A stretch of 64,000 bases of DNA from Octopus vulgaris (GCA_951406725.2 OX597815.1:26040001-26104000); one strand, 5' to 3'; shown: positions 28,210-42,941, numbered from the stretch's first letter. The notes: generated by a model from the sequence alone, not told the origin. Translations and numbers: made by a program.

Positions 28210-29254
28210 CCATCCATCCATACATACATACATACATACATGCACGAACACATACACATATATTATATATATATAATATATAATATATTTATATACACAC
28301 ATGATATGGATATGTGTCTTTGTATCTATGTATCTACGTATGTACATGTATATGTATTACAAACACACACACACATTCACACGCATATGCATGCACTCTT
28401 ACACACGTACATATGTATGTATTTATACGTATCTGCATTCACCAGGTAAGTTATACAGACAAACAGACTGGCATGTGTACTCAGAAACTCGGTTATGACA
28501 GGTAAATATATACAGTGTGACAAACAACACTATAGTAGTCTTCTCTTTCTTCTCTTTCTTCTCAGGTCTGTTATAATGGCTGAAATTTCAAACGCTCACA
28601 CCCAAGTCTTTGCAGTTTCTTTATCTCTGTCTCTGTCTGTCAGTCTGTCTCTTTCTCTCTTACACTTTCGTGTGCGCACACAACACACACATGCATGCAT
28701 ACGTACAAACATATTTACATACATGCATTCATTCATACATACATACATACATACATACTAACGTGCGTACATACACACATGTACATACATACAAATGCAC
28801 ATACACGTTTATATACTAAACTAATATATACATACACATGTTAATACTAATGTGTGTGTGTGTGTGTGTGTGTTTACATGTACGCGGGTGTCTGTATATG
28901 TATGTGAGCGTAAACTTAAAATTATACATTTACAAGTACGATACAAAAACTTGTAGTCGAGCTACATAACTTTCGTATACAAGTTTACACCAAAGCACCT
29001 CTGAACAACTTAACCCATCAACTTAGTAATGATAACGCCTTAGTGAATAAGCTAACTTTATATATATATATCTACTCGTCTTACATCAATTAGAATACTT
29101 ACAATTGTAAGTATTCTAATTGTTAATTAACCACAAACGGACAAATCATTCCAAAGTTGTGCAACTCAATTCGAAATATAAATAGCCAGTAACTTTTACA
29201 TAAAATGTCAAAATTGATATAGAATAATATGAACTGAAAATTATACATTTGCAG

Positions 29255-29464
29255 GGCGTAACTTCGGTATAGGTACCGAAAGTACCGGATACATTTCAAG
29301 AAAGTGGTTTTTTTATATATATATATGGGGGGTTAGGGTTAGGGTTTGTGTTAGGGTTAGGGTTTGTGTTAGGGTTAGGGGTGGTAGAAAAGGGTTTCTG
29401 TTATCTTCAAAAATGTAAACAAAGCCACTTCCGGTACTTACGGTACCTATACTGAAGGATCGCC
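29255..29464. mobile_element. MITE with ~35-bp TIRs, 8-bp TSD and internal TTAGGG repeats
   Basis: TIRs ggcgtaacttcggtataggtaccgaaagtaccgga / tccggtacttacggtacctatactgaaggatcgcc. Perfect TSD atttgcag at 29247-29254 and 29465-29472. Confidence 0.85.
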
Positions 29465-29898
29465 ATTTGCAGATACAACATAAGACAGAAAACCCGAAGA
29501 GAACAACCAACGGGAATTAAGCTATGTATTTATTGTATATAGAAAACTGCATTTAGTTTATACCAAAGCGCTTCTGAACAAGATAATGCACTAAAATCTT
29601 AGATTTCTTCACCTCCTTTGTCTCATATTGTACGTCATTGTCCGGTGTACATGGTGTACGTGGTTCGACTTATTAACTGGGAGGTTCGTATACTTCTCTG
29701 CGAAGCGCAACTTTATCACATGACAGTGAGTTTATAAATATGACTGTGAGACTCTATAAAACAGTATTATGTCTTTAAATATTTCATAAAAATAGACAGC
29801 AAAAATTTTTTAAAGTTTTTGTGACAAGTATGTTCCTGTGCAGCACATGCAATCGGAAGTAACCACTAAAATGACATGAAAAATATTTGTCTAAACGG

Positions 29899-30050
29899 AT
29901 GTGGTAAGAAGTTTGCTTCCCAACCACATGGTTCCGATTCAGTCCCACTGTGTGGCATCTTGGGCAAGTGTCTTCTACTATAGCCTCGGGCCGACCAAGG
30001 CCTTGTGAGTGGATTTGGTAGACGGAAACTGAAAGAAACTCGCCGTGTGT
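29899..30050 (+). mobile_element. SINE family B, 5' half
   Basis: gtggtaagaagtttgcttcccaaccacatggttcc...gacggaaactgaaagaa. Confidence 0.85.
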
Positions 30051-30051
30051 G

Positions 30052-30085
<34 letters not shown>

Positions 30086-30112
30086 ACATGTGACAATTAT
30101 TCGGTAGCCATG

Positions 30113-30171
30113 ATAAAACTCCGAGTTTCGGATGCCGAGGTGGAAATCCACGCCGCCATCTCTTCAGTTAT
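30113..30171 (-). ncRNA. Hammerhead-like motif (type I) in a short insert between (TA)n and (GATA)n
   Basis: Reverse complement ATAA-CTGAAGA-GATG..GTGGA(tt)TCCAC..CATCC-GAAACT(cgg)AGTT-TTAT: canonical core, long stem II, 3-bp stem III, GUU triplet. Confidence 0.65.
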
Positions 30172-30184
30172 GTAGATAGATAGT

Positions 30185-30262
<78 letters not shown>

Positions 30263-30669
30263 TAAAAAGGGAAGTTTTCATTAATTTTCATGGATATGTT
30301 CACATTTCTAAGATATAAAATTTTTGCTAAGATTTTGTGGGAATTACTGTCAAATGCATTTTCAAAGTCAATGAAAAATATACCATTGATGAACGCAATT
30401 CACTCGATTGGTCTATAACATTTCACATGACATACATGAGACCTGTTATAAATGATTGTCATGTCCACTAACTTTTCTGAAACTTGCATGTTTTTCTCTA
30501 AGCATAGCATATTTCGGCAGTATTTTGCAGACCATCTTCATAGTAATAAGGGTGAGAGTAATGCTTCTCCGATTGCAACTCTCTCGTAAAAACATTTTTC
30601 ATTCTTTATGACAATTTTATATCATTATTTCTTTCATTCAGTATTAAAGCATAGATTGTAATGAGATGA

Positions 30670-30980
30670 GATCATAATGGAAATCTATTGACCAAAGACT
30701 CTGTTGTAATAACAAGGTGGTAAGAATTTATCCAGAAGACAATGGATAGAGAACACCAATTTGAGAAGAGTAAAAGTATTTGCAGTTGAAGAACAGTTGA
30801 AGAATTGTTTAGTTTGCTACTAGGTACCACAGCACTTATGCAGCTGCTAAACCATAAATGGTCGGCTAAAAATTGTATACATCCAGATCTGTTAAAAGCA
30901 GATGTACTACAGACAGCCATTGTTCTGATACAAGTATTTAATCAAATATGGAAGAATATTTTAATCCAGAATAGATGGCT
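30670..30980 (+). mobile_element. Decayed RTE-like LINE fragment
   Basis: NGNLLTKDSVVITRW*EF...LLNHKWSAKNCIHPDLLKADVLQTAIVLIQVFNQIWKNILIQNRW resembles the pre-RT region of LINE ORF2. Confidence 0.6.
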
Positions 30981-32151
30981 TAAAACCCCACGCATGCACA
31001 CACACATACACACATATATACATATATATGTGTGGATGGATGTATTTACACGCACACACGCAATCATTGTTATACACACATACGAATACATGTATGCGAG
31101 CAGAAACACAGGAATAGACTAAAAAATGGTAAAAAAGCCAAAATGCCTCATTTTTTTTCAAAATTTTTCCCTCGTTGTTTATTTAATGGATATGTGTTCG
31201 TTTTGAGATACATCTATCTTTGAAATGGAAGACAGTCGAAGATTCCTGCTGATTGTGAATACAGAGCTACGCTTTTGAAGATATATATGAGATTTAAAAT
31301 TGACAAAATAAATGAGAGCGAAAGGAAGAGAGGAGAGAGAAAGAAAGGGTGAAATATTTAACGTATGCATATAATGAGATATGTCATGTCAAAAGATCAC
31401 CATATTAAATGCATAAATCAGCTGAATGTAGGGAACAAGTGGTTAATTATCGTTGCCGCCATTGTAATACAACATGGTATACGTAACTAAGAACATTACA
31501 TAAATCGGTTATGTTTTATTAAAACAAAGCATAAATATCGCTTATGAATAGCGACAGCAGCACCAGTAGTAGCAACAATAATGCCACTGCCGGTGTTAGC
31601 AGCAGCAAATTGCAACAACAACACATCGAACAGTAAGATGAGCATCATAAAACATTAACGCGAAACTAACAATACTATATAGGCAAAAAAAATAGGGAAA
31701 AAATAGCAAAGACAAAGAATATATCAACCTCGGCGACAACAATAACAGTAGCAACAACAATATTTAGCAAGAACAGAATTCTTTCGATATGTTATTAACT
31801 TTTATATTTAGATTTTTTTTCTTTTGTCATAAATATTACTTACAAACAAAAACATCAGTAAACTACAAAAAAAAATGTTTCCAACTACCATCTTATCGCT
31901 GCCTTGTGACCAAACCGAAGAGAAATGCGAAAGAAAAAGGAAACAAAGAATAGGAAATAAGATAACAGTATTTCCAGGAATTCTAAGTAAAAACAATCAC
32001 TAAAAAACATATAAAAGAAAGGCCCATAGGATTGCATGCAGTCTGAGTCGTTGTTTAGTTCCAAATCCAGAATAATTATCAAAAGGGTCCAAAAACATGA
32101 CTATAAGTCTTCTTTTCTTTACCCTCGGTCATTTTCAGAATCTATCTAAAA

Positions 32152-32477
32152 CAGTAGTTCTCAACCACATTTTATCTATGGATCACTTTGTTTTATCTAT
32201 GGAACACTATTCTGGCGGACCGCCATAGCTATTCGATGTTTAAAGACTAATTTTATAGATACTTCTTTCAAAATGCCCATTTTGTTATTCACACATTCAT
32301 TTGTATAAATAGAACGTGAGAGAAAGAAATCTTGCAACACATACATTTAAATCATAACTTTACGCGGACCCTTGAAATACTACTGCGCGTTCCCAATTTA
32401 CTATTTTGTTAACACGGACCCCAAAAATCTTATATGGACACCCCGATAGTCACATGGAGCCCGGTCGAGAACCACTG
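32152..32477. mobile_element. hAT (Charlie-like) MITE
   Basis: TIRs cagtagttctcaacc / ggtcgagaaccactg; 8-bp TSD atctaaaa / atctaaag. Confidence 0.8.
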
Positions 32478-33212
32478 ATCTAAAGCTTCATTCTCCAGTG
32501 TCTCTTCTTTTTTTTTAAAGTGAGGGGGCAGCTTGTTAAGAACTGCCCACGCACAGAATCTGGTGTACTAAAGGCATAATTGCCGCCAACCATTCAACAA
32601 TCTCCAATGAACTATAATTCTTGGTAATATTCCGTGAATCGTACTACTATGTTGCTAGGATTTTTGGTTCACGATTATGTGGTCGTCGTTTCGAGTCACA
32701 GACCGAGCGACTCATTTGTTCTTCAGGAAGACACTTCATATCACGAAGCTTCAGTTGAGCGACCGCTTAGCGGGTTCCTCATCCCAAATTCATGGAGTTA
32801 CTCTATGACACTCAAAAATTGTTTTCACGCTGGGTATTCATTCACAGACAATCTTTTAAATCATAAGAACAATCTATTCGTTCACAAACATCGTATTTAT
32901 ATACTTCTCACGTCTTTTAAACTTTCCTGTAACGCTTTGCCTATACTTCTCTTTTGAGGTTTAATAAGTCTGAAACATGTTCATTGTTTTCACAACACTG
33001 CCAAACATCAAATACACTCTGAATTGCATTTTTATGTTTTAGTAATTTAAATTTAATTTAATTTCCAGATGTTGTCTCCCTTATGTTTCTTGAACACATG
33101 TAGTCATTAACATAATGATTGTTTTTCTCACTATGGATGTAATTATAATTAATTAAAATATCCAATCCCACTGCACTAAGAATGTTAGTAGCTGATTTAC
33201 TAAATAAATATA

Positions 33213-33387
33213 CAGGAGTGGCTGTGTGGTAAGTAGCTTGCTAACCAACCACATGGTTCCGGGTTCAGTCCCACTGCGTGGCATCTTGGGCAAGTGTCTT
33301 CTGCTATAGCCCCGGGCCGACCAATGCCTTGTGAGTGGATTTGGTAGACGGAAACTGAAAGAAGCCTGTCGTATATATGTATATATA

Positions 33388-33418
<31 letters not shown>

Positions 33419-33631
33419 TTGTGTGCCTGTGTTTGTCCCCCTAGCATTGCTTGACAACTGATGCTGGTGTGTTTACGTCCCCGTCACCTAGCGGTTCGGC
33501 AAAAGAGACCGATAGAATAAGTACTGGGCTTACAAAAAGAATAAGTCCCGGGGTCGATTTGCTCGACTAAAAGGCGGTGCTCCAGCATGGCCGCAGTCAA
33601 ATGACTGAAACAAGTAAAAGAGTAAAAGAGT
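33213..33631 (+). mobile_element. SINE family B, full length
   Basis: caggagtggctgtgtggtaagtagc...ggttcagtccc (A/B boxes), ttgggcaagtgtctt, internal (TG)n, (gtaaaaga)n tail. Confidence 0.9.
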
Positions 33632-34092
33632 ATTACATTATTTAAACACTATTTCAGATATATTACTTTCACCCAACTATTTTCATTTGTAAAGATATTA
33701 ATCGACTCTCATCTAATATTTAAATAATATTATATTTTATATTGAATAACATAATAGTTATATTTGTGTACAGTATCGTACATTTATACAGAAATTCTCT
33801 CCTCAGTATTTCAGTATGAACGGTTGAGTTTATGCTTCACGGAAGAGTTCAAATAGCAACGAAGCAAGTCCAGAGTTATCTCAGGTAGTCGCCGAAATTA
33901 TTAAAATAATAAGTCACTGAGTTGATGATACCTTTTCCTCACTGCATATATGTTTACAGTTAGATGTTAAAGGCTCTTTTCGTTAAATATATGTGTGAGT
34001 ATATATGTAATGTACCGAAAACAAAAGACAGAGACAGGCGAGGAAACAACAAGCAGGTGTGTTAGTTTGACGGTCGGGAAAAATGGAAAAGT

Positions 34093-34128
34093 CTTTGACG
34101 TTTCGAGCCTACGCTCTTCAGCAGAAAG
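34093..34128 (-). ncRNA. Minimal hammerhead-like motif within a ~220-bp element (34013-34231)
   Basis: Reverse complement CTTT-CTGCTGA-A-GAGC(gtag)GCTC-GAAACGTC-AAAG. A6 is changed to C, so probably inactive. Confidence 0.55.
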
Positions 34129-34266
34129 CGATGAGAAGGAAAAAATGGAAAGAGAGAAAGAGAGAGAGAGAGTGAGGAAAAAAGAAAGAGGAAACGGAGA
34201 GAGAAAAATGTGTTGGGATTAACGGTCACACGTTGAAAAAATGTGTGTGTGTTTATTTGTGTGTTT

Positions 34267-34339
<73 letters not shown>

Positions 34340-36269
34340 TATGCGTGTGTGTGTAAATTTAGAGTCAGCTGCGTTGACGAGAAACGCAACGTAAATTCTG
34401 CATCTGAATATGAACCTATCAAGCAAAAACTAATATTTCAATACTTTACCTTTCTGAGTTATTTCACCTCAAATTGGTGCAACACAGGTATTATTTAAAA
34501 TGTTTACTATTGTATTTCTTCTTTCCTTCCGTAGAAAATACAGGACTTGAAATGTTTTGCAAAGATAGGTTGAAGTCTATAATACCCGGTTTTTTTTTTT
34601 GTTTGTTTCTTTTTTTTTTCTGTCGGCTTCAGCAGGCATTGTTCAACTGGACACTTTTTCTTAATGCCAACCAATCTATCTTAAATATCTGATTAATTAC
34701 ATATTTTCTAAAGAGAGGGATGCTTTCAACAAAATTTAAACCCATGACCTATGAGCCGCGAACTCGAGCTTTTTAATCAATCAGTCACCTTACTATTTTA
34801 TGTTGATACATATTAATGACTCATATCACTGGGTTTTAAATCTTCCCCTGAAGCCTTTCTCAACCGTTTGGGACGAAATGGTATTATCAGTTCGTATCTT
34901 TCCTCAGACAGACGAGAGCGTAATACTGCATGGCTGGCTGACAATTGGCATGACGGCAGCGAGCGGAGCCAGCTGTTTCAGGGAACGAGGGGAAAGGGTA
35001 ATCTTTCAGGGAGCCCACCCACTTCTTGTCAGCTTGTTGTCACAGATGCTAACGTGATTAGCCGCTTTAGATTTTTCCTTGCTTATTTGTTTATCTATTT
35101 ATTGCTTATTTTTTTTTTTAGACTTACTATGTATTTGACCGCTTGGTCACCTCTTCATAACACCTTTTACATCATAGTATTGATCAACAGCTCTTGAGTG
35201 TTTTATACTGACTATGTTGAACTATAACATGTGCGTGTGTACCTAAAACACATACATATGTCAACATTGATAGCCACGGATATATACACATGCGTCTTAA
35301 ACACGCACATACTCTATCATAACAGCGATTGGATTATTTTTAGATATAAAATTTACGATAACTCAAGTTAATTAAATTGCACGATGTGTCAATTAATTAA
35401 TTAATTAATCAATTAATTAGTTAATTATTTTCTTTCACAAAAGAAAAAAAAACTTTCTCTCCAAATTACGAGGCCTGTATTTTGATAAAGTTGCAATGGG
35501 AATAAATACAGCTGATGTTAGTTTATATTTAACAAATAAAAGGTGTTAATGTGATAGAAATGTTTCCACTAAACCTCTGATGACGCCTAGTTTCTTCTCT
35601 CTGCGCCGTGATTTCTAACCTCGTTGGTGTCGACTTTACTTTTCAACATTCAATGTTGCTAACACTGGTATCTGTAATCCACTAGAACCGAATCAATCAA
35701 CTAGAAGAACTTTTTCAAATGAACATTAGGGCCTGTGAACAAAATACGGTACTCGATTAAAAACAACTGAATAACCTTTGGTAACGATTTCATTGTATTG
35801 TCTCACACACATACACATTGGCTTGTGATTTAGGCAGAAGGCCAGCATTTTTGAGCGCAGAGTAGTCGATGCCATTGACTCTAATACTTACCAAAAACTA
35901 TAGTCTATCGACCGCAGGTAGATAAGAGGCAAAGCTGGTCTCAGTAGAATTTGAACTCGGAACTTAGAGGACTATAAGAAATACCACAATACATTTTCCG
36001 TTATAACTATCCTACCTGCTTGCCGCACACGCATTCAAGGTGAAAAATATTTCTCAAATATTTCACGCCACAGAAGTTAGAGTGAGCTCCGCCACTCTAT
36101 GGATAGTGGCACACTTGAGAACTTGTGTTGAACCAGTTTTCTCAAATAAGATTACGTCAATAACAAAGGCTTTTCAGTTATAATCTCAGTTACAATTCAG
36201 TTACAATCTCAATACTCAAAAGAGGCCTATGTTCATCTTTCTTAAAACGTGCCACTTTATAAATTCATA

Positions 36270-36431
36270 GGCGCAGGAGTGGTTGTGTGGTAAGTAGCTT
36301 GCTTACCAACCACACGGTTCCGGGTTCAATCCCGCTGCGTGGTACCGTGGGTAAGTCTCTTCTACTATAGCCTCAGGCCGACCAAAGCCTTGTGAGTGGA
36401 TTTGGTAGACGAAAACTGAAAGAAGCCCGTC

Positions 36432-36494
<63 letters not shown>

Positions 36495-36745
36495 TAGATA
36501 GATATAGATAGATAGATAGATAGATATATTCGTATATGTTTGTGTGTTTGTGTTGTCCCCCAACATCGCTTGACAACCGATGCTAGTGTGTTTATGTCCC
36601 GGTAACTTAGCAGTTCGGTAAAAGACCCCGATAGAATAAGTACTGGGCTTACAAAGAATAAGTCCTGGGGTCGATTTGCTCGAATAAAAGTGGTGCTCCA
36701 GTATGGTCGCAGTCAAATGACTGAAACGAATAAAAGAAGAAAAAA
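36270..36745 (+). mobile_element. SINE family B, full length
   Basis: As at 33213; possible TSD aaattcat/aaatccat. Confidence 0.9.
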
Positions 36746-36853
36746 AGAAAAAATCCATTGCAACATTTGTCCTATTTTTCTTGTCAATTCTTTTCGTCAC
36801 TAGTTTCATCATTCATCTCCCATTACCTGCTTAGCTTATTCCACACGTATAAT

Positions 36854-38238
36854 AGAAATCTAAACTAGATCCTTTCTCCTAAACCCCAATTTAATTTTTA
36901 AATCTCCAACCTCAGGTGTGCGAAAACGACTCTTCATTGATATGATACAAGCCTATTGAAGATGTACTCAGAAGACTGCCTGGTGGAAATTCACACAACT
37001 GTTAGAGTTAACTGAAATAATAAACCATGATATAGTTGTCATCTCTACGTACACGAACAGCACAGATTGTTACACCTTTCATGTATTAAGACCATCCTGA
37101 CACAGTCGAATATATTTAGTTCAAATATATTTCTCCTGGTTGACGTTTATATGGGAATTAAGTGGAGGCGCAATGGCCCAGTGGTTAGGGCAGCGGACTC
37201 GCGGTCATAGGATCGCGGTTTCGATTCCCAGACCGGGCGTTGTAAGTGTTTATTGAGCGAAAACACCTAAAAGCTCCACGAGTCTCCGGCAGGGGATGGT
37301 GGTGATCCCTGCTGTACTCTTTCACCACAACTTTCTCTCACTCTTACTTCCTGTTTCTGTTGTACCTGTATATCAAAGGGCCGGCCTTGTCACTCTCTGT
37401 GTCACGCTGAATATCCCCGAGAACTACGTTAAGAGTACACGTGTCTGTGGAGTGCTCAGCCACTTACACGTTAATTTCACGAGCAGGCTGTTCCGTTGAT
37501 CGGATCAACCGGAGCCCTCGTCGTCGTAACCGACGGAGTGCTTCCAGAAATCTAAACTAGATCCTTTCTCCTAAACCCCAATTTAGTTTTTAAATCTCCA
37601 ATCTCAGGTGTGCGAAAACGATACTTCATTGATATGATACAAGCCTATTGAAGATGTACTCAGAAGACTGCCTGGTGGAAATTCGCACAACTGTTAGAGT
37701 TAACTGAAATAATAAACCATGATATAGTTGTCATCTCTACGTACGCGAAGAGCACAGATTGTTACACCTTTCATGTATTAAGACCATCCTGACACAGTCG
37801 AATATATTTAGTTCAAATATATTTCTCCTGGTTGACGTTTATATGGGAATTAAGTGGAGGCGCAATCGCCCAGTGGTTAGGGCAGCGGACTCGCGGTCAT
37901 AGGATCGCGGTTTCGATTCCCAGACCGGGCGTTGTGAGTGTTTATTGAGCGAAAATACCTAAAGCTCCACGAGGCTCCGGCAGGGGATGGTGGCGATCCC
38001 TGCTGTACTATTTCACCACAACTTTCTCTCACTCTTACTTCCTGTTTCTGTTGTACCTGTATTTCAAAGGGCCGGCCTTTTCACTCTCTGTGTCACGCTG
38101 AATATCCCCGAGAACTACGTTAAGGGTGCACGTGTCTGTGGAGTGCTCAGCCACTTACACGTTAATTTCACGAGCAGGCTGTTCCGTTGTTTCGGATCAA
38201 CCGGAACCCTCATCGTCGTAACCGACGGAGTGCTTCCA
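36854..38238 (+). repeat. 692-bp tandem duplication (unique flank plus SINE family C)
   Basis: agaaatctaaactagatcc starts at 36854 and 37546; copies differ by a few percent. Confidence 0.9.
37162..37546 (+). mobile_element. tRNA-derived SINE family C, copy 1
   Basis: tRNA-like head ggcgcaatggcccagtggttagggcagcggactcgcggtcataggatcgcggtttcgattccc. Confidence 0.85.
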
Positions 38239-38244
38239 TCCATC
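37854..38244 (+). mobile_element. tRNA-derived SINE family C, copy 2
   Basis: Same head; (CCAT) tail followed by TSD atatgggaatt, which also precedes the element. Confidence 0.85.
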
Positions 38245-38712
38245 ATATGGGAATTCAGTCGTGTGTAAGGAAGATACTCTTAAGCTAAATCTACAACACT
38301 GTTCTGGTTTTCAGTTCAATTATATTCCCAATGTACGCTAAGGCATGTATATGCGAACTTCACTTTTACTCTGGAAAATAACAAAAACGGGATCTCTCCA
38401 GTAAACTGAAAAAGAGTGTAGGACATGAAATAGTTTTCAATAATCATGAGGACATAAGTTACTAATTTGTGATGTGATCATCTAATTCTGATTAAAAATT
38501 GTCGTTAATGGTGTTGTTTAGTTCCATGACAAAATGGATCATAACTGTACTATTGTTTACATACGCAATACACCTACGACCACATCGTTTATTGTGTAAA
38601 TAATACTCTCTTAGTAATTGAAGAAGATTTGGCTTCTATTTCCAACAGATCGAAAGAGCGCGTAGTGAATACTTCATTGGGTCGATGAATGATAAAATAA
38701 TAATAATAATAA

Positions 38713-39330
<618 letters not shown>

Positions 39331-39635
39331 TATAGACAATAAATACACGACAGAAATAGAATTCAAGACGAACGACTCTACTGCAAACTTTGAATTCAGA
39401 ATCATTTTGTTCTGAATAGCACAAGTTAACCCCCAATAACAAACTAGCTCATGATTCATATGGTTAATGATGGGTTCTATGGCATATGGCAATTATTATA
39501 TTGAGCTGTATGACTGCTGCTACATCATATCGCAGCCTTTCTTTCTTTTTTTTTCTGTCTTGTTGATCTGCATTTTGTGGATTGCTTGAACATCTGTTGG
39601 TGAAGTGCGTGAAACTATACGACATTTATACACAA

Positions 39636-40029
39636 CTAGCAGTATCGCCCGGCGTTGCTCGGGTTTGTAAGGGAAATAACTATATAAGCATTTTTAGAGA
39701 TGTAAAGTATAATAGCCATCTCAATATGGCTAACCACAAAGGGGGGTGTTACTGTAGCTTTTTACATTCTGAGATTTAATAATAAATTTTTAGAGAATTA
39801 CTTCCCTTATATATGCCAAAAATGCATTAAAAATGGGAAAATTGATGGTAATTTTTTTTTTAAATCGTAGACTCATCCTAGACGCGCGCCAATACCCAGA
39901 AGGGCTCGATATGAATCACGACTATAAGATACCCGGTTTTGGTTAAACTGCACCGCAAAATGTGGGAGTAGTTAGGAATCTAAATCGTAGGAAACAGACA
40001 GCACACAACCTCACTTTTATATATAAAGA
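39636..40029 (-). mobile_element. Non-autonomous Helitron (variant interior)
   Basis: 5' TC, 3' hairpin plus CTAG, A|T insertion site. Confidence 0.85.
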
Positions 40030-40340
40030 TTAGATAGACAAAGACATCGTCAGTTAAGTTTTGATAATGAATTACAATCCAAAACTGTTGTAAGGCTACT
40101 CCTCAAAGTTTAATTCAACTTTAGCTAGTATGAATAATATAAAGGAAGATCGGCCATTATCCTATTTTATCCACACGCACCGCGCGACAACGCATACGAG
40201 ATGCAATTATGTGTTTTGGACAGAGAGGACATTATATCATTTAAATAGAAAAACAGTATCTCGGCATTTTGTTAAAACTGATGTAAAAACTACTCATGTA
40301 ATGGAGAAAGAGTAAGCGAGCAAGAGAGAGGGGAATAGGG

Positions 40341-40372
<32 letters not shown>

Positions 40373-40873
40373 GAGAGAGTGATGGGTATTCACACATATA
40401 AAATATTATAAAACATTTAAAAACCTTTTTATAATCACTAGGGCCCATTAGTGTTAGATTTAACCCGATAGATTTCACGGCAATAGGCAATGTCAGATAT
40501 GGATTTCATGTCGTTTGTGTTGTGTATGTGTGCATGTATGTGTGTGCGTGTGCTTGTGCATGTATGTGTGTGCGCGTGTGCGTGTGTGTGTGTTTGTCTT
40601 TGTCTTTGTGTCTCTGTCTTCCACGACCGCTTGACAACCGGTGTTGGTTTGGTTACGTCCCGTGCCGCAGCGATTCCACAAAATAAACCGATACAGTACA
40701 GTAAGTACCATACAATATAGGTGTACATATATCTTTCACACCCTCTCTTAGTCACTCTGGGATCGATTTCTTGGACTAAAAATATTCTTCGAGATGGTAC
40801 TCAAGCATGACCGCAGTCTAATGACTGAAACAGATAAAAGATGAAACATACATACATACATACATACATACAT

Positions 40874-40953
<80 letters not shown>

Positions 40954-41007
40954 CAAAATAGCATAATAAAAAATGTGAAAACCAGACCATGTTTCAACTT
41001 TATTCAA

Positions 41008-41046
<39 letters not shown>

Positions 41047-42219
41047 CTTCCATTTTCCTGAGCGCCTAATAATAATAATACTGTAATTGTTCCACGTGTT
41101 GTTGTTTTTTTCTGTTTTCCCGTTTGGATTAACCCTATATATATGTATATATATGTATGTATGTACATATATATATTATCACTTGGGCACTGCAGTACTA
41201 ATAACCTGGTGGAGAACTCAAGAAACGTTTGGCGAGTACAGAGCGGTAATAAGAAAAGAGATAACAAAGGAATAGACGACTATCTCGATCACTTCATTAG
41301 GCTGCTTCATACTTGAGGCACTGGTGAAACTGTCAGGTGTTACTCAGGTACTCAACTAGGAGTCCACCACATCCAACAATGGAAATAGCTGTAAGCTAAT
41401 GAGGCATATAAGATAATCGGTTATTCCTTTGTCGTATATATACTACATGTCGGAAACCAGTGTTCTCGAAATCTTGCCTTTTCTACTTCAACGACCGTCA
41501 CCAAAAGATAAAAAAAGTACATGATTAATCAAAGATTCGAGCCGCCATTATGATTCTCTCCACTAAACCAATAGCATAATCACGTTTTATATGTTTGTAT
41601 GTATTTGTCTTTTTAATTTTACCTCTTTGTTTTTTGTTTTTGTTTTTGTTTTTTTTTAACATCTATAATTATGCTCAGGTGTGAACGCGTGTCTAGCTTC
41701 AGCGAGATGGCTACACGAAATGTCATTCCCAACGTTGCTCAGCGGCTGTGTGAATAGATCGGAATCCGGAAGTGCACTAGATGACTGCGCCCCCTGGCGT
41801 TCAAAGCCGCCAACTAAAGTTGCGGATCACTTGTTCAGGTCTGCCATGACAGATAGAGACACAGTCGAGATAAATTTGTTGTACTCACCAATTGTTGAAT
41901 TTCTTTGAAATACTAAACACACACGAATAAAAAATACACACGCATACACACATGCGGGAACGCACACACATGCACACTCACTCACACGAATACATTCACA
42001 TGAGTGTGTATATATGTATATGTATACATATATACATACACACGCGCGCGCGCACACACACACACATACATATACACACATGTATTCACACACATAGACA
42101 CACACATTCAATGTACTTAAAAGTAACCGCATAAACACAAACGGGTGCGCATACACATTTATACACACACATAATCACATATATGTATGCATATGTAAAA
42201 GTATGTATACATGCAAACA

Positions 42220-42747
<528 letters not shown>

Positions 42748-42835
42748 CTAGAGAGAGAGGGTGGGAGGGAGAGGGAGACAGTAAGAGGGATTGAGTGTCA
42801 GAGAGAGAGAGAGGGAATGAAAGAGATATGTATAC

Positions 42836-42941
42836 CTGTGATTTCTTTAGTATATATTTCCAGTGTTTTATGTATCGTTTGTCATCTACAAACTAAGTAT
42901 CGGGTTTCTTTACTTCTTTCGGTCTTAACTATTTATCATAT
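42836..42941 (-). other. Candidate non-coding (5'UTR) exon
   Basis: Acceptor cttcttattcttttcag| and donor cag|gtatac; stops in all three frames. Confidence 0.3.

Noticed and set aside
37166-37240. tRNA gene
   Set aside because: Acceptor stem is incomplete and the sequence continues into a SINE body with tail and TSD.
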